From: an uncultured Muribaculaceae bacterium
Lineage (GTDB): Bacteria > Bacillota_I > Bacilli_A > RF39 > UBA660
NCBI GenBank assembly: GCA_964538005.1
Contig: CAZIDO010000003.1
Location: 1 to 32,537, forward strand
Reading direction: 5' to 3'
Length of the DNA stretch: 32,537 nucleotides
Below the pieces are notes generated by a model that worked only from the letters and a program-made list of their open reading frames with translations, was not told the DNA's origin and searched no databases. A program made the translations under genes and the position numbers. Shown here one piece after another: positions 19,775-28,176 of this stretch (the first letter of the stretch is position 1; every line of letters starts with the position of its first letter).

Positions 19775-21166
19775 TTATAACACTCTTTTCCACATATAAA
19801 CAACTAAATATGGCGGCATATTACCAGCGGCCCCAGTTCCTGTAGTTCCGGAAGTGCTAGCATTAGTAGTTATACTATGGCTATGGTCACCACTGTTTTC
19901 AGTGTAACTCATTTGACTATAATCACCATTGGCTGATCCTGGTGCGGTAATGCATCTCCAATTTACTTGAACTCCAGAACCATAAGTAGATGTTCTCCTT
20001 GATGTAATATGACTATGATCCCCACTATTTTGGGCAGTACCACTTAATGCTGGAATAGTGTGCGCATGCGTTTGTAATTCAGCACTTCCACCAGTTGTAC
20101 CATTTGCATATGTCCCTCCAGCACCTAATAAAAATCTGTCTTTAATTTGTTCCCAGGTTCCACCAAATAAAACTGTTGGATTTGTATTATCAACTGACAT
20201 ATAAATACTGCCTATTGGATATATCGTTCCTAGTTTTTCATTTATTAAGTTTTGGACATCGGCAACTGTCATCGTTCCACCGGCATCACCTTTTTCACCT
20301 TTTGGTAATACCAAATTTAATACTTGACTCGGACTATCACCGGTAATCGTTGCACTCGCTTCATCACCATGAGAAACAGTTCCAATAATTAAATTGTTGG
20401 CTGGCCCAATATCACCTTTTATTCCCTGGTCACCTTTAGCGCCTTTTAGTGGATTAAATACTGTAAGTCTTGATCCCTTAGCAAACTGTATTTGGCTATC
20501 ATCTAGTGATAAACTTATTGAATTAATATTATCAAAAGTTTGGGCAAATACACCACCACCAAACCATATTGACTGTCCTCCACCAACCGTTCGATAAAAT
20601 TTTAAAGTATAATTCACTTTTTTCTCTCCGTTAGGGTTTTCAGATATATATAATCGTCCTTCGGCAATTACTGGAAATTCATTGTTTGGTCCATTAGTCT
20701 GCAAAAATTCACTTATATCATCACCGCTTTGAACATAATTGAATCTTGAAGTTAAAGTACCGTTTCCATATATATTTCCACTGGCATTTATGTAACTATG
20801 ATGGTATCCAGTTGTTTGGTCGTTTATTTTTATTTTTATATCTGTAGCTATAGTTGAATTTGTATATCCTATAGCAATAAATTCATATACTCCTCCTTCA
20901 TTTAAAGCATCTAAATTGTTTATTTTTATTATTGGTAAATTATTTTCTAAAATAACTTCACCTGCTACATTTGTTTGAATTTTAGATGTAATACTATTTA
21001 CAATCAAATTACCTTCACTATCTAAACTAAATTTATTATTATTTGAAGTAATACAATCAACACTTGCATTGTTAACCTCTAAATTAAGTTTATCTTCAGT
21101 TTTAGTAAACGCATCTTTAAAATAAATATCATCTAAAGTAAATTCATTATTATTTTCTATATTCAT
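19775..21166 (-). CDS. Phage tail-fibre-like protein with collagen Gly-X-Y tracts, HxH motifs and a tail-collar-type C-terminus
   Basis: GAKGDQGIKGDIGP and GEKGDAGG. C-terminal YPIGSIYMS...LFGGTWEQIKDRFLLGAG...THAHT...SGDHSH (x2)...NMPPYLVVYMWKR. The stop TAA (19775-19777) directly abuts the Rhs ATG. ATG at 21166 preferred; a GTG at 21175 is the track start. Confidence 0.85.
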   Translation of the reverse strand: MNIENNNEFTLDDIYFKDAFTKTEDKLNLEVNNASVDCITSNNNKFSLDSEGNLIVNSITSKIQTNVAGEVILENNLPIIKINNLDALNEGGVYEFIAIGYTNSTIATDIKIKINDQTTGYHHSYINASGNIYGNGTLTSRFNYVQSGDDISEFLQTNGPNNEFPVIAEGRLYISENPNGEKKVNYTLKFYRTVGGGQSIWFGGGVFAQTFDNINSISLSLDDSQIQFAKGSRLTVFNPLKGAKGDQGIKGDIGPANNLIIGTVSHGDEASATITGDSPSQVLNLVLPKGEKGDAGGTMTVADVQNLINEKLGTIYPIGSIYMSVDNTNPTVLFGGTWEQIKDRFLLGAGGTYANGTTGGSAELQTHAHTIPALSGTAQNSGDHSHITSRRTSTYGSGVQVNWRCITAPGSANGDYSQMSYTENSGDHSHSITTNASTSGTTGTGAAGNMPPYLVVYMWKRVL

Positions 21167-21203
21167 TGTTTTCACAACCTTTCTTTTAAATTATTAATCC
21201 TTC

Positions 21204-21250
21204 AAAAAAGAAGAATATAACGAAAGAGATTTTTCCCTTTCACTATATTC
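21204..21250 (-). terminator. Strong intrinsic terminator between the HTH gene and the fibre-Rhs genes
   Basis: Minus strand GAATATAGTGAAAGGGA-AAAA-TCTCTTTCGTTATATTC: 17-bp stem including 3 G.U pairs, followed by TTCTTTTTT. Confidence 0.65.
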
Positions 21251-21254
21251 CTCA

Positions 21255-21737
21255 CTAAAACACGTTTTTTGTAGTTTCAATTTTATGTGTTAATAATTTT
21301 TTTAATTTCTTCAAACCAATATCTATACTAAATTTTACAGCTCTAGGTGTACAACCATCAATTTTGGCAATTTCTTTTAAAGTCATATTTTCAAAATAAT
21401 ACATTTTTATTCTTTCCTTTTGGATAATGGGTAAAAGATCTATTGCTTTTTCCAATTCTTCTTTTACTATTTTTTTTACCACTTCTTCTTCCAAATTGGA
21501 ACGATTTTCTTTATTATCAACATTATTATTGATGTGTTCGATATGGCGCTCATATTTATTCATTGCTGACTTATCTTCTAATTCAAAGACATTAAAAACA
21601 TTATATATTTCTTTTTTTACCTCAACAGTACATTTAATTCCTCTACCATCAATAAACTCTACAAAATATTTATTTTCATGATAATTAATGGTATAGGGAT
21701 TATCTCTATGTTTCCTTCTTTTCGGGGTGATATTCAT
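21255..21737 (-). CDS. Sigma-70 region-4-type HTH DNA-binding protein (no region 2)
   Basis: C-terminus LPIIQKERIKMYYFENMTLKEIAKIDGCTPRAVKFSIDIGLKKLKKLL is a region-4 HTH. The N-terminal ...YFVEFIDGRGIKCTVEVKKEIYNVF...ERHIEH pattern recalls sigma-like proteins of Firmicutes mobile elements. RBS AGGAGGG. Confidence 0.7.
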   Translation of the reverse strand: MNITPKRRKHRDNPYTINYHENKYFVEFIDGRGIKCTVEVKKEIYNVFNVFELEDKSAMNKYERHIEHINNNVDNKENRSNLEEEVVKKIVKEELEKAIDLLPIIQKERIKMYYFENMTLKEIAKIDGCTPRAVKFSIDIGLKKLKKLLTHKIETTKNVF

Positions 21738-21744
21738 TTTATCC

Positions 21745-21768
21745 CTCCTACTATCTGATATGTAGGAG
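21745..21768 (-). promoter_or_regulatory. Hairpin sequestering the Shine-Dalgarno of the HTH gene
   Basis: Minus strand CTCCTAC-(10 nt)-GTAGGAG; the 3' arm is part of the SD GTAGGAGGG located 5 nt before the ATG. Confidence 0.35.
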
Positions 21769-21877
21769 AAAATTATTTGCTTGTTTTGTCGTACTAGTAT
21801 TGGTTTTATAATCTATTTAAAATTTTTGATTTCTAGATTTTCCCACAATAAAAGTCAAAAAAACTATCAAACGATAG

Positions 21878-22120
21878 TTAAATTAATTTATCAATATCTT
21901 GTGGTATTTTATCATTGACAACAGCTTCAATGATTTTATCTTCTTTATCCTTAGGAACTGACTTCCCGGTCATTTTTCCTAACTCTTGAATAACCTCTCT
22001 TAAAGTAGTTTCATTTTTTAAATCACCTTGTTGAAGTTTACCTGCTAAATCAAGAATCGTATCTTTTCCCACATTTGTTTTCTTTTGGACTCTATCAAAA
22101 AAATTATCTGAAAATCTCAC
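21878..22120 (-). CDS. SpoVIF-like small sporulation protein
   Basis: 80 aa. ...DNFFDRVQKKTNVGKDTILDLAGKLQQGDLKNETTLREVIQELGKMTGKSVPKDKEDKIIEAV matches my recollection of the stage VI sporulation protein F family. GTG start with AGGAGG RBS. Confidence 0.5.
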   Translation of the reverse strand: MRFSDNFFDRVQKKTNVGKDTILDLAGKLQQGDLKNETTLREVIQELGKMTGKSVPKDKEDKIIEAVVNDKIPQDIDKLI

Positions 22121-22250
22121 TTTCCCTACCTCCTACATTAGTATATGTTTATATGAAAAATGGGTTATTACATATTTATAATTTACTTTTATTTATAGAT
22201 ACTTTATAATAGTTAATAATAGAAGAAAATTATGGAAAGAAGGTTTTCAA

Positions 22251-22673
22251 ATGATACAATTAATCAAGGAAGAAAATGAATTTTTTATTGATTGGATTAA
22301 AAAGATATGGAAGCATCATAATACCGTTGATTTATTATACCAATGCGATTTAAATACCAAAATTGTATTTGAAGAAAATGAATTTTATTTTAAAATTATG
22401 AGGGATCAGACAATGGTAGGTTTTGTTGGTCTTAAACTTAATGAAGATATAATACTAAAGTCTCAAACCCTATATATTAATCGACTTTATATTGATGATG
22501 AATACCGTAACCAAGGAATAGGAACGGAGGTTATTAATTTATTAATTACAATGGCAAAATCAATGAATCGTGATTTAGAACTCGATGTATATGGAAATAA
22601 CGAAGCTATTCATTTATATGAAAAAATGGGTTTTAAAATTAATTATAGAAATATGATTTTAAAGACTAAATAA
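22251..22673 (+). CDS. GNAT family N-acetyltransferase
   Basis: Acetyl-CoA motif YRNQGIGTEVINLL and C-terminal AIHLYEKMGFK. Confidence 0.85.
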   Translation: MIQLIKEENEFFIDWIKKIWKHHNTVDLLYQCDLNTKIVFEENEFYFKIMRDQTMVGFVGLKLNEDIILKSQTLYINRLYIDDEYRNQGIGTEVINLLITMAKSMNRDLELDVYGNNEAIHLYEKMGFKINYRNMILKTK

Positions 22674-22687
22674 TAGGGTGATTTTTA

Positions 22688-22716
22688 TTGACCTTCATCT
22701 GTAATTCAGTTATAAT
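22688..22716 (+). promoter_or_regulatory. Sigma-A-type promoter
   Basis: TTGACC (22688-22693), 17-nt spacer, TATAAT (22711-22716). 21 nt upstream of the ATG of the 43-codon ORF. Confidence 0.5.
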
Positions 22717-22737
22717 AATTTTTCAAGAGGTGAAACT

Positions 22738-22869
22738 ATGAAAACATATAGTCTGAATGAATTAATTCAAAAAATTATGGAAAAATTAGAAAGTGAAAAA
22801 CCATTTATAACTATTTCATCTAACAAAATTTCCGTTTTTAAAAAGACTATTTTACAATATGGATGGTAA
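22738..22869 (+). CDS. Small ORF (43 aa), possibly the 5' part of a gene interrupted by TAA
   Basis: ATG with AGAGGTG RBS and the promoter above. Track ORF 22882-23070 (TTG start, no SD) is in the same frame beyond a single TAA. Confidence 0.35.
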   Translation: MKTYSLNELIQKIMEKLESEKPFITISSNKISVFKKTILQYGW

Positions 22870-23068
22870 TATAATGAAACCTTGCCTGGCTATTATACAT
22901 CTGATAGTGATGAATACGTTTTTAATGGTACAATGTATTTGCCAAAAAAAGAATCAATTAAAACACCCGAATTAATAAAATCAATTACACCAAACCACTT
23001 CATTCACTTTTACTATCCATTTCATAAAAAGATTTTCACTTATTTAGAACGAATATTTAATTACAGCT

Positions 23069-23097
23069 AAAAAAGACTTTTCTATAAGTCTTTTTCT
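23069..23097. terminator. Bidirectional intrinsic terminator between the small + strand ORF and der
   Basis: aaaagactt (23071-23079) / aagtctttt (23086-23094) stem with T-runs on both strands. Includes the der stop codon. Confidence 0.7.
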
Positions 23098-24404
23098 TCA
23101 CCTTTATTTTTAAATTGTAAAACTATTGGTGTTCCTTCAAAATCAAATGACTCTCTTATTTTATTTTCTAAATAACGTTCATATGAAAAATGAATAAGTC
23201 CTTTACTATTAACTTGAATATTAAAAGTTGGCGGACAATTAGAAACTTGAACGGAAAAATAAATTTTCAATCTTTTACTTTTGTAAGTAGGTGGTAAATT
23301 AAGTGAATATGCATCCGTAATAACATTATTAAGTAAACTTGTTTTAATTTCACGGTGAGCATTTTCATTTACCTTTATTATTTGTGGCATTAACGTATGA
23401 ATTCTTTTTTTAGTTAATGCAGATAAAAATACGATTGGAGCGTACGGCATAAATTGAAAGTTAGCTCTAATTAATTTAGTAAACTCCTTCATCTGCTTGT
23501 CCTTATCTTCAATTAAATCCCATTTATTAACCGCTAAAATAACTGATTTACCAGCTTCAATTGCATATCCTGCAATATGTTTATCATGTTCGATAATACC
23601 TTCTTCAGCATTGATTACAATCACACATACATCCGATCTATCAATCGCTTTTAAAGAACGAAGTAAACTATATTTTTCTACAGTCTCATATATTTTCCCT
23701 CTTTTACGCATTCCAGCAGTATCAATAACGACAAAATCTTCATTATGATAAGTAAATGGTGTATCAATCGCGTCTCTAGTAGTTCCTGCTGCTTCACTAA
23801 CAATAACTCTTTCTTCATTAAGTATTGCATTAACTAAACTACTTTTACCAACATTTGGCCGACCAATAATAGAAAATTTAATAACCTTTTCATCGTATTC
23901 CTCTGGTATTTCTTTAAAATCTTTTGTAATTTTGTCTAATAAATCATAAATACCAAAGTTTTGTTCACCACTTATTTCTTGATATTCTTCAAATCCTAGT
24001 TCATAGAAATCATATTGATGTTCTTTAAAAAGTTTTGAATCAGCTTTATTAATAGCTACTATTACATTTTTACCACTACGCAGTAATATATCCCTAACAA
24101 CACGGTCGTTAGAAGTTAATCCTTCTTTACCATCAACGACAAAAACAACAACATCAGCTTCATCAATTGCTAGTTCAGCTTGACCCTTAATTTCATCATT
24201 AAATTTATTTTCTGTTATATCAATACCACCAGTATCAATCAAATGAAAACTGTAATCCATATAATTAACAGTTCCATAGATACGGTCTCTAGTTACCCCT
24301 GGAGTATCTTCAATAATTGCTACTTTACTACCAACCATACGGTTAAAGATTGTACTTTTACCGACGTTTGGTCGACCAACTAAGGCCACTACGGGTTTGC
24401 GCAT
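23082..24404 (-). CDS. der: Ribosome-associated GTPase Der (EngA)
   Basis: Two tandem G domains (GRPNVGKST ... DTGG; GRPNVGKSS ... DTAG, NKWD) plus a KH-like C-terminus. 440 aa. Confidence 0.95.
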   Translation of the reverse strand: MRKPVVALVGRPNVGKSTIFNRMVGSKVAIIEDTPGVTRDRIYGTVNYMDYSFHLIDTGGIDITENKFNDEIKGQAELAIDEADVVVFVVDGKEGLTSNDRVVRDILLRSGKNVIVAINKADSKLFKEHQYDFYELGFEEYQEISGEQNFGIYDLLDKITKDFKEIPEEYDEKVIKFSIIGRPNVGKSSLVNAILNEERVIVSEAAGTTRDAIDTPFTYHNEDFVVIDTAGMRKRGKIYETVEKYSLLRSLKAIDRSDVCVIVINAEEGIIEHDKHIAGYAIEAGKSVILAVNKWDLIEDKDKQMKEFTKLIRANFQFMPYAPIVFLSALTKKRIHTLMPQIIKVNENAHREIKTSLLNNVITDAYSLNLPPTYKSKRLKIYFSVQVSNCPPTFNIQVNSKGLIHFSYERYLENKIRESFDFEGTPIVLQFKNKGEEKDL

Positions 24405-24408
24405 ATCA

Positions 24409-24885
24409 TCACCTCAAAACTTTCGCATTTCTTATTATTTTTTCAGCTTGTTTTCCATAAACAATTTGTGCTGTTTCTAGTAACAAAGCCATTTCTATAT
24501 TAGAAAGGTCTTTTTTTACTCTTAAATATATTTTGTCATCTAACTTATAGACAATTACTTTTTTTAATAAATAATCATTTATTAGAGAAACTTCATATAA
24601 AAAAGAACCTTCGACTACTTTTGTGTTCAATTCTATTTGATTACTAAAGTAATCTAAGTATTCTAATTCTTCTTTTTTCACTTCAATAATTACGCCATAA
24701 TTTATATCAACATATAAGGTCATATCATAGTAGCCGTCAAACTCTAAATCATATTTATTTTTCAACTTGTTTAAAAGTTGTTTTAAATACTTTTCTACAC
24801 TGATTTTATCTGTAAAATCTAGGCTCTCTATATACAGTCTATTAAGATATAAAATAATCATGTCATCAATCATTATCAGCTTCAT
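24409..24885 (-). CDS. Hypothetical protein, possibly a MecA-like adaptor C-terminal domain
   Basis: 158 aa with AGGTGA RBS. The tail [40 protein letters not shown] resembles the MecA C-terminus (YxxxxxYYLxV...LLEYA...). By-eye similarity only. Confidence 0.4.
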   Translation of the reverse strand: MKLIMIDDMIILYLNRLYIESLDFTDKISVEKYLKQLLNKLKNKYDLEFDGYYDMTLYVDINYGVIIEVKKEELEYLDYFSNQIELNTKVVEGSFLYEVSLINDYLLKKVIVYKLDDKIYLRVKKDLSNIEMALLLETAQIVYGKQAEKIIRNAKVLR

Positions 24886-24933
24886 TTTATCACCTAAAAT
24901 AGTGTATGAAATGGCCTATAATGTGCGACTATG

Positions 24934-25515
24934 TTATGAAGTAATTTCGATTTTTTTAAGGATTTCTTCCTTACCAACTTTAGTAACATTGGAAAACATT
25001 ACAAAGTCATCTCCGACAACTAAGTCCAAATCATCTAAAATAGTATTTCTTTGCTTTTGTTGCATAGTAATTCCTATTTTATCAGTTTTGGTTGCAACAA
25101 TTGTTACAGGCTTTTTATAATATTTCAAATAATTATACATCATAATATCATCATTAGATGGACGATGTCTAAAGTCAATTAGTAAAAACACTTGTTTTAA
25201 ATTATCACGATTAACAATATAATCTTCAATCATTAAACCAAATTTCTTACGTTTGGCTTTACTAGTTTGTGCATAACCATAACCAGGAGCATCAACCAAA
25301 TAAAACTCATCACTAACGTTATAAAAGTTAATGGTCTGGGTTTTACCAGGTCTACCTGAGGTTCTTGCATAATTTTTACGATTAATTAATGTATTAATAA
25401 AACTACTTTTACCAACATTTGATCTACCGATTAATAAATATTCTGGTTTATCATCGGTTGGGTATTGGCTTCGACGTACAGCCGAAATAGTTAAATCTAC
25501 AGATTTAATTTTCAT
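24934..25515 (-). CDS. engB: Ribosome biogenesis GTPase EngB/YsxC
   Basis: MKIKSVDLTISAVRRSQYP...GRSNVGKSSFINTLINRKNYARTSGRPGKTQTINFY is near-canonical YsxC. ATG at 25515 preferred (AGGTGA 6 nt upstream); the track start is 25524. Confidence 0.9.
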   Translation of the reverse strand: MKIKSVDLTISAVRRSQYPTDDKPEYLLIGRSNVGKSSFINTLINRKNYARTSGRPGKTQTINFYNVSDEFYLVDAPGYGYAQTSKAKRKKFGLMIEDYIVNRDNLKQVFLLIDFRHRPSNDDIMMYNYLKYYKKPVTIVATKTDKIGITMQQKQRNTILDDLDLVVGDDFVMFSNVTKVGKEEILKKIEITS

Positions 25516-25559
25516 TTTCATCACCTAACTATGTCTTTGATTATAACAAATATGTAGCT

Positions 25560-26489
25560 TTATGTCAAAATTGATTTACTCAAACATTTTTGATGTTTTT
25601 CTGAGGCATGTGAAGCAGCTTTAGTTATTCCTAATGTGCGCGCACTGCTAAGTGCGAAAAAAGGAGTATTTCTCAAGTTTGTTGTATAGAAATAATTTCG
25701 TACTGTTTTGCTTGCTACCGCTAAACTTGCATCGTTCAAATGCATATCATTAAACATTGTAGCTGGCATGAGAGCATTTCTAAGTCCTGTTGGTAAGGTG
25801 CTAGTTCTATCTATTGGATGAGGATTTATAATAGTTTCACCTTCTCTGGTAAACATTTCACTTTGACCATATATTTTTTCAAAATCAACATATGCCCCAC
25901 CTACAATGTCTTGTGGTTTAGATTTTTTTTCAAAAGGTCCAATCATTCTGAAATCACCAAAATAAGATATGCTAGCAATTGCTTGATATAATTCAATTGG
26001 TGTAAAAGTATCTTGTCTTTTTAATAAAAAAATTGCTGTTAAAATATCCTGACGATTTTTTTCTATTCTTTTCACTATTTCCGGAGTGGCCTCGTCTAAA
26101 ATTACTGGTTTAGTTAAACGACCCGCCATCCCGAAATAGCGCCATGTATCTAAATCTTTTTTTAAAGCATCCTGTTCAATTATCATCATTTTTATTTGGT
26201 CTTGATTATACGAAAACTTTAAACAACCAATTTTGTCATAATATGATTTATTTCTTGTTCTCTTAAAGATTGGTTTCCCATTTTTATCTAAACTATAGTG
26301 TTCTGGATTTTTCTTTAAATTCGCTTCCAACCATTCATTAAAATTGTCAACGGTAATTATAACATCTTTTTCTGGTTTGTCATTGTCAGTATATCCTAAT
26401 TGTTGATACATACCCGAACCGTATCCAATTATATCTAAAATAGGAGGCAATTGATCTTTCAAGCTCCTAAGTATTTGGATATTTTCCAT
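25560..26489 (-). CDS. Tam41/Mmp37-family protein (mitochondrial-type phosphatidate cytidylyltransferase fold), paralogue A
   Basis: IIGYGSGMYQQ, YFGMAGRLTKPVIL and IASISYFGDFRMIG correspond to the Tam41 motifs YGSGVFxQ, AGRLQKPV and GLSYxGDxRM. Confidence 0.7.
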   Translation of the reverse strand: MENIQILRSLKDQLPPILDIIGYGSGMYQQLGYTDNDKPEKDVIITVDNFNEWLEANLKKNPEHYSLDKNGKPIFKRTRNKSYYDKIGCLKFSYNQDQIKMMIIEQDALKKDLDTWRYFGMAGRLTKPVILDEATPEIVKRIEKNRQDILTAIFLLKRQDTFTPIELYQAIASISYFGDFRMIGPFEKKSKPQDIVGGAYVDFEKIYGQSEMFTREGETIINPHPIDRTSTLPTGLRNALMPATMFNDMHLNDASLAVASKTVRNYFYTTNLRNTPFFALSSARTLGITKAASHASEKHQKCLSKSILT

Positions 26490-26508
26490 ATTTCCCCCCC
26501 TGTACTAC

Positions 26509-27378
26509 TTATTTCTTCTTCTTACGTTTTAATTTTTCATATACATATTTAATTGATTTTATTGGTCCAGTTGTAAAAAGTCCTTTAATCGTTTGCGATG
26601 TACTTTGGCTTTTATTTTTAGTGGTTAAAAATTCACTTATTAAATTGGGTATATTAGCATCTTTTTGTTGTAAAAATTCATTTAAATCGTCTGGTAAGGT
26701 TTCAATATTTATATTATTATCTAATATAAAATTATTTCCTTCAGCTTTCAATTTAGCCCCATATAGTTCTTCGTAACTTTCCAAACTGCCTTCAACAATA
26801 TTTTTAACTTTATCCGGATTTTCAGCAATACCCATACGTGTATCACCAATATAAGAAAGGCCCGCTAAAGTCATATAAAATTCTAATTTATCAATTTTGT
26901 TTTCACCGATTAATAATTGAGTTGTACTTAAAGCAGCATAACGATTATATTCAATAGCCTGTTCAACCTCTTCAGTTGCTTGAGCAATTAAAATTGGTTT
27001 TTGCATTCTTCCAGCCATATAGAAAGTTTCCCAACTTTTTAAATCATTCAAGAAATCTGCAAGTTCAATAGTACCTATTTTATATTTTGAACCGTTAAAA
27101 GGAAGATATGTCATATAACAGATTTTTCCACCGGCTTTTAACCAATTTACTTTAGCATACTTAAAGAATAATCTGCTAGAAAAAGAATAATCTTTTTTAT
27201 TCATTTTAATATTTTGTTTATGCCAATTCTTTAAATCATTGACAATAACGATTAAATCAATCTGTAGTTTACGATTCTCTTGACCACGCTGTGGTTTTAT
27301 CCCTGAGCCATAACCCACGATTCCAACTGTCTTTGGTCTAGACTTAATGAACTCTAATATATTTTCTTTTGGTGTCAT
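26509..27378 (-). CDS. Tam41/Mmp37-family protein, paralogue B
   Basis: IVGYGSGIKPQ, WETFYMAGRMQKPILI and LAGLSYIGDTRMGIAENPDKVKNIVEG. Closer to the eukaryotic Tam41 pattern than paralogue A. Confidence 0.75.
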   Translation of the reverse strand: MTPKENILEFIKSRPKTVGIVGYGSGIKPQRGQENRKLQIDLIVIVNDLKNWHKQNIKMNKKDYSFSSRLFFKYAKVNWLKAGGKICYMTYLPFNGSKYKIGTIELADFLNDLKSWETFYMAGRMQKPILIAQATEEVEQAIEYNRYAALSTTQLLIGENKIDKLEFYMTLAGLSYIGDTRMGIAENPDKVKNIVEGSLESYEELYGAKLKAEGNNFILDNNINIETLPDDLNEFLQQKDANIPNLISEFLTTKNKSQSTSQTIKGLFTTGPIKSIKYVYEKLKRKKKK

Positions 27379-27387
27379 AGGCCCTCC

Positions 27388-28167
27388 TCAAATTAACTCT
27401 TTGCGATTATATCTACTAAATAGTAAGCCCGCAAAGGCAAAAATTATAACAAATAAGATAAAGAAATAACCATCTAATGTACTATCTTTAATTATTGTTT
27501 CAGCATTTACATATCCAAATGGACTAAAGAATTTTAAGAAGTCCACTTTCTCAGCCATACGAGCAACCATACTTAAAACATAAGTTCCCATGGTTATTCC
27601 AAAGGTAATTCCCATAGCTTTCCTAGTTTTATTAAAGAAACTTGCGACAAATGTTGAGATAAAGAAAACAGCTATTTCAATTACTAATGGTGCGAGATTA
27701 AATAAAATCCATTGGGCTGTATTCATATCATCACTTAAATAAAAACCAATACCAGTTACGGTCATAATCAATAAGTTAAATAAAATTATATAAATAATAC
27801 CAACTGATAATTTAGAGATTAATATTCTATTACGAGTTATTGGTTTTGAATATAAAAATTCAATTGTTTTATCGCTTTCTTCTTTTAAAATTACTGATGC
27901 CCCTAAACTAGCAGCAAATAAAGCGCCTATTAAAGAAACAATGGTAAATCCTTCACTAGAATACCAACCAAACACGGTTGAAATACTTACTAAATCAAAG
28001 TTGAAACTTTTCAACATTTCTGCAGGTAAAGCTTTCATAAATTTATCAATTTCCATATTTTGAGTAATTGATGGATAAATAGAAAATACTAACACCAACA
28101 ATGCAGATATTGATAATCCCCATACTAGAAAGCTTTTAAAGTTTATTTTTAATTCTCTTTTAAACAT
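27388..28167 (-). CDS. ABC-2 type exporter permease
   Basis: 259 aa with six predicted TM helices. Follows the ATPase gene by 9 nt. Confidence 0.8.
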   Translation of the reverse strand: MFKRELKINFKSFLVWGLSISALLVLVFSIYPSITQNMEIDKFMKALPAEMLKSFNFDLVSISTVFGWYSSEGFTIVSLIGALFAASLGASVILKEESDKTIEFLYSKPITRNRILISKLSVGIIYIILFNLLIMTVTGIGFYLSDDMNTAQWILFNLAPLVIEIAVFFISTFVASFFNKTRKAMGITFGITMGTYVLSMVARMAEKVDFLKFFSPFGYVNAETIIKDSTLDGYFFILFVIIFAFAGLLFSRYNRKELI

Positions 28168-28176
28168 ACTTATCTC

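Noticed and set aside
13934-21681. Plus-strand track ORFs antisense to the Rhs, fibre and HTH genes (13934-14203, 14046-14321, 15864-16070, 16284-16502, 19275-19529, 20394-20597, 21427-21681)
   Set aside because: All lie inside long, motif-rich minus-strand ORFs. For example, 14046-14321 is simply the complement of the Lys-rich helix (poly-Phe/Thr). There is no independent evidence for them.
21255-21737. Idea that the 160-aa protein is a TcdR/UviA/BotR-type alternative sigma factor, making a PaLoc-like sigma-toxin-holin set
   Set aside because: Only a region-4 HTH is recognisable. There is no region 2 (-10 recognition/core binding), so it is better called an HTH regulator. The holin is 8 kb away behind unrelated operons, and I keep that link only as a low-weight hypothesis.
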